A DNA stretch of 64,000 nt from a bacterium (GTDB lineage: Bacteria > Planctomycetota > SZUA-567): NCBI GenBank assembly GCA_003245715.1, contig QKCJ01000019.1:3119-67118 (forward strand). Reading direction: 5' to 3'. The translations under genes were made by a program, and so were the position numbers. The notes below the pieces were generated by a model, which saw nothing but the letters and a program-made list of their open reading frames with translations, searched no databases and was not told where the DNA came from. Shown here piece after piece: positions 59,163-64,000 of this stretch (position 1 is the first letter of the stretch; each line of letters begins with the position of its first letter).

Positions 59163-62100
59163 TCAGATCTCGCGCATAAGCTCCAGAAGCTCTTCAGCCG
59201 ATATCCGTCCACCGAGATCACTGCCCTCAAGCAGACCCTCAGCAAGATTACGTTTATGCTTGTGCAGGTCGAGGATTTTCTCTTCAATCGTACCGCGCGT
59301 TATCATCCGGTAAATCGTCACCGGCCGCGTCTGTCCAATGCGGTGCGCCCGGTCTGAAGCCTGATCCTCAACCGCCGGGTTCCACCATGGGTCCATATGA
59401 ATAACATAATCAGCCGCTGTAAGGTTAAGCCCCTGCCCACCGGCCTTGAGACTGATAAGAAACAACTCACCCTCGCCAGCCTGAAAATCCTCAACCAGCT
59501 TGCGTCGTTTGCCCGCCGGAGTTGAGCCGTCAAGGTATTGGTAACTGACACCCTTCTCATCAAGGTACTCACTGAGTATCTGCAGATGGTCGACAAACTG
59601 ACTGAAGACCAGCGCCTTGTGGTTATTCTCAATCAGCTCCTCAATAATTTCCGCAAAGCCGGATAACTTTGAACTTTCAATATCTGTTGTATTATCAATC
59701 AGTTTAGGATTACAGCAGACGCGGCGCAGGCGCATGATCTGTGCCAAAATCTGCATCCGCCGCTGCCCCGCCGGAACCCCTTTATCTTCTTCAATACCGG
59801 TAACCGCCTCACGGCGCATCGCCTCATAAAACGCCAGTTCCCTGCCAGACATTTCAATGTATTTGACAATTTCAGTACGCGGCGGCAATTCTTCAAGCAC
59901 CTCTGATTTCACGCGGCGCAGGATAAACGGCGCCAGCAGTTTCTTAAGGCGTTCCCGCGCACCCGCATCATTTTCTTTTTCAATCGGCACCGCAAAGCGC
60001 TGATTAAACCGGCGCAGACTGCCAAGCAGACCCGGATTAAGAAAACGGAAAATATTCCACAGTTCGCCAAGATGATTTTCAAGCGGTGTACCGGTTGTGA
60101 CCATGCGAAAATCCGCCTGTAACTCCATGGCAACTTTCGAGCGTTTGGTCGAGGCGTTTTTAATTGCCTGCGCTTCATCAAGGATAACCGTACTCCACTT
60201 CTTGGCGCTAATCATCTCGCCTTCCTGCTGCAGCATCGCATAGCTGCAGACAACCACACTCAGCTTGCCCGCCCCGTCAATCATCTCCTGACGCTCACCT
60301 ACACCAAACAGTTGTCCGTCAAGCGATGGCGCAAACTTAACCATCTCGCTCTGCCAGTTAAAACAGACCGAGGTCGGCGCGACAACCAGTGCCGGCCCGA
60401 GTGAGGCTCGCGATAATAACAGCGCCAAGGTCTGCACCGTTTTACCAAGGCCCATGTCATCAGCCAGACACGCCCCCATCTGCCATTGCGCCATGCGGCT
60501 GAGCCAGCGGTACCCGTCAAGCTGATAATCCCGAAGCTCCGCCTGCAATGTAGAAGGAACCTGAAATTCCTCAACCGTCTGCAAACGGCCAAGCATTTTT
60601 TTCCATTCAATATCCGCCTCAAACTCACCCGCTTCAGTCGCCAACCCCTCAAGCGCCAGAGACGCCAGCGGATGCAGCCGCGCACCTTCCTCAGTAACCT
60701 CACTAAAGTCCCTGATCTCTTCAAGGCGGGCGCGGAAAGATTCTGTCAGCGCCAGATATTTGTCTTTACCAAGCTGGATAAAACGCCCGCGGGAATTTTT
60801 CGACATCTCAAGCAGGCGGTGCATGTCAATGACCAGATCCTCATCAACCGTCAGCTTGCCCTCAAGGGTGAACCAGTCCTGCGAACGCTTGATGCTTATA
60901 CCAAGCGAGCTTAGTGACGCCTGCCCGCGTACCCGCATATTACCGCCCTGCGGCCACTCAACAACCACCTTCGACTCGATCTCCTCAAGCTCCAAAAGAA
61001 ACTCAAGACAGTCAATAATATCATCAAGCTCCCAGATACCATCCTTCTCGCTGCTCTTCTTCAGCGTCGGACAGGAATGCACAACCAGATCCGCCCCGTC
61101 AAGCTCATGGGTAAGACTTCTGGTGACGCGCAGCTTCTTGCCTTCATGCTCAGTGACGATAGTCTTCGCGCCGGAACCGGGATGATAGTACCCCCCGATA
61201 TCACCAAACGGGCGCACCAGCAGCTCCATCTTAAGTCCACCGCCAGCCGGCATCAGCTGCACACGGATACGCTCATCAGCAACCAGATCCTCGGCAATTG
61301 AATCACTGATACCGATATCCGACTGCACCGTCAGATACTGGCTTAATTTTTCAATCACGCCTTTAGTCTTTGCAAAAGCGTCTTTAGGAACGATCACACC
61401 CTTGCTACCAATAATTGAGGCAATCTTGCGGTGCGCGGGCGCAGTCTTGATAACGCGGATACGATTAGGACCTTCACGCTTAAGGCAGACAGCAGTATCC
61501 TCCGCAAGCGAAGGCTCAAGGGTCAGATGTAACTGGTTTCCAGATTTTCTGGCGATCAGTTCAGGCTCGCCCGAGCTTACTTCAATACGCACACTCGGTG
61601 CATCAGCGCGAAATACCCGCGGATGTCCAACCAGTCCGACCAGCGCCTTGTCGTAATCAAGTTCGTGATTAATCGTCGAACCCCGGCCACTACCGGAGTA
61701 AGAAATAAATATCGCCGCGCAAACCCCCGCATCATACTCGTCAAGAAACGGCAGGTTGTTCTTCTCTTCAAAGAGCCGCTGCAACGAGACCTTGCGTCCC
61801 TTGCCCCACTGACCGTTTGAATTGTGCCGCTGCTCAACAGGCTGCAGCTCAAAAATTTCCGCGTTGTCATTAAAGGCCAGCAGCCACGCCAGACGCGTAT
61901 CAAAATTAATCTCCTTCTCAGACTCCACCAGATCAGGAACCTGCAGGAGCGCTTCAAGCTTTCTCTCCCAGCCATTCTGCGCGTTAAAAATTTCTACCAG
62001 AGCCGCGCTGTTACAACGCCGCCGAAGAGTCGCCAGACGTCCCGCCCATTTGCTCTCGCCACCCTCCTCGCAACGCGCCAGAATCTCCGCCGCTTCCGCC

Positions 62101-63272
62101 GCAAACCAGTCGTAACCACCCTCAAGCGTCTGGTCATATAATTTCTCAAGCCCCTCAATCTCGGCCTGAAGCTGCAGGTTTTCTTCCCAGTACAGCGCCA
62201 GATAATACAGTAGCCGGCAAAGCGCCAGCGAGTCCTCACCGATCGGCGGAATCTTCTCCATAAACATGTTATCACGCCGACTGATAATCCACTCAATAAT
62301 ATAAAAAGCATCGGTATAAGGATTTTTTTTCTTCTTTAACTCCTGCCGGATAATGTATGAAGCGTCGTCTTCAAGTTCCGCCTGCACCAGCAATAGCGCA
62401 TAAAAAATATTGATAATCGAGGGAAGATTGATGATGTCCTCGCGCTTCTGGATTATATCAAACTCCTCCAGCGCTGCTTCGTACTTGCCGGACAAAATAT
62501 CAAGCCAGGCGACAAACGCATCTGTATCCGTTCCGGTAATCGGTTTTAAAGTCTTACGCGCGCGCGCCAGCTTACCACGGTAAATCCAGTGCGGAGCCAG
62601 ATAAATTGCCGCTGTCGATTCTTTATTCTTCTCGCAATATGACTTGAACAGCTCAAAAGCGTCTCTGGCCGGTTCAAGCATTTTCAGTGAATGATTTAAA
62701 ACACAGATTAGTGCTTCTAGCATCAGTCGCGGCGGCAGGGTCTGAATCCATTTTACATCAAAAGGTTCATTACAGATAATCACATAAGGATGCGTCTGTT
62801 CATACTCGTCAGGAAATAGCCGCGCACAGTGGGCAAGCATCTCAAGGCAATCTTTCTGATTGGCCTGATAGAGCGCCGTGCGGATACGGGAGATCGCCTG
62901 TTCATAAGAGCGCACCTCACGCTCACCCCAGTTGCTGCCCCGCCAGACCACCTCGCGCACCGCCCCCGCCATCGCATGAAAACCGCCCTCTTTGGCCGTC
63001 ATCCGCGTCAACGGCTCACGCAGTAAAGTATGGCACATTATCAGCTCTTCACTGATTTCAATAACACCCGCTTTATTAAGACGCCCCAGAATCAGGTCAA
63101 GCTCGACCGCACTGCGACCGCAACGTCCCATACACCGGGCAATATCATCGCGGCTGACAGGAATATAAATCACCGACAGGAGGCGCAATACCCAGTCTGC
63201 CTGCGAAGATAATTTTTTGCAGGACATTAAGAGCTTTTTACGATTTTTTTCGTCGTCTGACTGAGCCATCAC
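59163..63272 (-). CDS. SNF2-family helicase/ATPase with an N-terminal region of about 850 aa of unknown function
   Basis: 1369 aa. LRDYQLDGYRWLSRM...LADDMGLGKTVQTLALL, DEAQAIKN and the helicase-C region (KALVFSQF...GGQGLNLTAADYVIHMDPWWNPAVEDQASDRAHRIGQTRPV). Confidence 0.92.
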   Translation of the reverse strand: MMAQSDDEKNRKKLLMSCKKLSSQADWVLRLLSVIYIPVSRDDIARCMGRCGRSAVELDLILGRLNKAGVIEISEELIMCHTLLREPLTRMTAKEGGFHAMAGAVREVVWRGSNWGEREVRSYEQAISRIRTALYQANQKDCLEMLAHCARLFPDEYEQTHPYVIICNEPFDVKWIQTLPPRLMLEALICVLNHSLKMLEPARDAFELFKSYCEKNKESTAAIYLAPHWIYRGKLARARKTLKPITGTDTDAFVAWLDILSGKYEAALEEFDIIQKREDIINLPSIINIFYALLLVQAELEDDASYIIRQELKKKKNPYTDAFYIIEWIISRRDNMFMEKIPPIGEDSLALCRLLYYLALYWEENLQLQAEIEGLEKLYDQTLEGGYDWFAAEAAEILARCEEGGESKWAGRLATLRRRCNSAALVEIFNAQNGWERKLEALLQVPDLVESEKEINFDTRLAWLLAFNDNAEIFELQPVEQRHNSNGQWGKGRKVSLQRLFEEKNNLPFLDEYDAGVCAAIFISYSGSGRGSTINHELDYDKALVGLVGHPRVFRADAPSVRIEVSSGEPELIARKSGNQLHLTLEPSLAEDTAVCLKREGPNRIRVIKTAPAHRKIASIIGSKGVIVPKDAFAKTKGVIEKLSQYLTVQSDIGISDSIAEDLVADERIRVQLMPAGGGLKMELLVRPFGDIGGYYHPGSGAKTIVTEHEGKKLRVTRSLTHELDGADLVVHSCPTLKKSSEKDGIWELDDIIDCLEFLLELEEIESKVVVEWPQGGNMRVRGQASLSSLGISIKRSQDWFTLEGKLTVDEDLVIDMHRLLEMSKNSRGRFIQLGKDKYLALTESFRARLEEIRDFSEVTEEGARLHPLASLALEGLATEAGEFEADIEWKKMLGRLQTVEEFQVPSTLQAELRDYQLDGYRWLSRMAQWQMGACLADDMGLGKTVQTLALLLSRASLGPALVVAPTSVCFNWQSEMVKFAPSLDGQLFGVGERQEMIDGAGKLSVVVCSYAMLQQEGEMISAKKWSTVILDEAQAIKNASTKRSKVAMELQADFRMVTTGTPLENHLGELWNIFRFLNPGLLGSLRRFNQRFAVPIEKENDAGARERLKKLLAPFILRRVKSEVLEELPPRTEIVKYIEMSGRELAFYEAMRREAVTGIEEDKGVPAGQRRMQILAQIMRLRRVCCNPKLIDNTTDIESSKLSGFAEIIEELIENNHKALVFSQFVDHLQILSEYLDEKGVSYQYLDGSTPAGKRRKLVEDFQAGEGELFLISLKAGGQGLNLTAADYVIHMDPWWNPAVEDQASDRAHRIGQTRPVTIYRMITRGTIEEKILDLHKHKRNLAEGLLEGSDLGGRISAEELLELMREI

Positions 63273-63464
63273 TAACCTTTATTATTTATAAACAGCGCGA
63301 TAACCCGCGCCGGATAAAGCATCTATACCTAAAAAACCCCCGCAAAACAGGGGCATTTGCCCACCGCCAACCTGCAGAAAAAATTCTCCCGCAACCCAGC
63401 AGTGCAGCATCAAACAAATTAACTTGAACCTTCCATAGTACATTATTGCAGTGTGCGTTTCATT

Positions 63465-63496
63465 AAAAAAAGCTCCCGACAAAAAAATTGTCGGGA
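63465..63496 (-). terminator. Rho-independent terminator after the ExeA-like gene
   Basis: 7-bp stem tcccgac (63474-80) / gtcggga (63490-96). On the minus strand it is followed by a U7 run (complement of the A run 63465-71). Confidence 0.7.
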
Positions 63497-63593
63497 ACTT
63501 TCCGTTAATAGTTGAGCAGCTTCAGATTTACTGCGCTTTGTCTTTTACTCTCGCCACAATATATTGTATCGACAACCGTGAAGGGATTTGGCC

Positions 63594-64000
63594 TTATAAA
63601 TTTTCACGGGCAAGATCCGCCAACACATCAACCTCAGCCTCCGCACCGGCTTCAAGCGGCGGCAGATCATCCGACCAGATTTCATCCAGCATCCGCTCCA
63701 GGCCAAAATCATTTTTAAGCCCCAGTTCCATCGCTACCGATCTGATAAGCTCGGGCCGAATTTTATTCAGCTTCTCCGTATACGCCGTCACCAGCGCCAA
63801 TTCACAAAGACGGTTGATATTCCCGGCCACCCCGCCTGTCGCGTCATAAATCATCTGCGCAGCCTGCCGGGTGAATATCCCGCGGCTGCAACCGGAATTT
63901 TTAATCCGCGACAAAACATACGCATTCGCTTCATCGACATTAAACGGCACAACCCTGACTTTCATCGCCACCCGGCAGTCAAAGCGGCTCGCCTCAGACA
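63594..64000 (-). CDS. ExeA/GspA-like AAA+ ATPase, C-terminal part only; the 5' end lies beyond the window
   Basis: The frame stays open to base 64000 (upstream codons read ...SEASRFDCRVAMKVRVVPF). VPFNVDEANAYVLSRIKNSG...FTRQAAQMIYDATGGVAGNINRLCELALVTAY resembles the C-terminal lid region of ExeA/MshM-type ATPases. Confidence 0.6.
   Translation of the reverse strand, partial: SEASRFDCRVAMKVRVVPFNVDEANAYVLSRIKNSGCSRGIFTRQAAQMIYDATGGVAGNINRLCELALVTAYTEKLNKIRPELIRSVAMELGLKNDFGLERMLDEIWSDDLPPLEAGAEAEVDVLADLARENL

Noticed and set aside
59163-64000. SNF2 plus ExeA-like ATPase as a two-gene defence system
   Set aside because: A terminator and 320 nt separate the genes. No nuclease, methylase or other defence hallmark is visible. 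It is kept only as a low-interest finding.

Overview
This is a bacterial chromosomal window with about 55 protein-coding genes, mostly housekeeping. I recognised no rRNA, tRNA, CRISPR array, transposase or integrase by eye. All protein identifications rest on motifs read from the supplied translations, since no database search was possible.

Gene content, left to right:
- groEL-groES-groEL chaperonin cluster (minus strand)
- 2-oxoacid:ferredoxin oxidoreductase operon, interrupted by a small membrane-protein gene and carrying a beta-gamma fusion
- fused aroK-aroB
- Cys-rich secreted repeat protein
- TonB-like protein
- AraC regulator divergent from an FAD oxidoreductase
- U32 peptidase, cysS and a long ppdK
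- Crp/Fnr regulator divergent from a ferredoxin-like gene plus hcp (hybrid-cluster protein)
- about 15 kb single-strand Tad/Flp pilus locus (26180-41215)
- pcm, cbiG-cbiH, a small double-glycine-leader peptide gene, adk and rbfA
- large lipoprotein, class II photolyase, MBL hydrolase and proB
- CcdA/DsbD-type thiol-disulfide membrane protein next to a second Cys-rich YTV-like repeat lipoprotein
- HExxH protein overlapping an orphan 6-phospho-3-hexuloisomerase
- hybrid histidine kinase, a 1369-aa SNF2 helicase and a partial ExeA-like AAA+ gene

The most unusual feature is the Tad locus. It has two Flp pilins, a prepilin peptidase, three TadE/TadG-type pseudopilins (one of 1135 aa), CpaB, TadB and TadC. 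It has no secretin, no TadZ/CpaE and no TadD in the locus. Instead it carries three FHA domains: one fused to the CpaF/TadA ATPase and two on bitopic membrane proteins at the operon end.

Hcp, ferredoxin-dependent oxidoreductases, PPDK, YTV-like proteins and an H-X9-DG-like protein suggest an anaerobic member of the PVC superphylum. That placement is an inference only.
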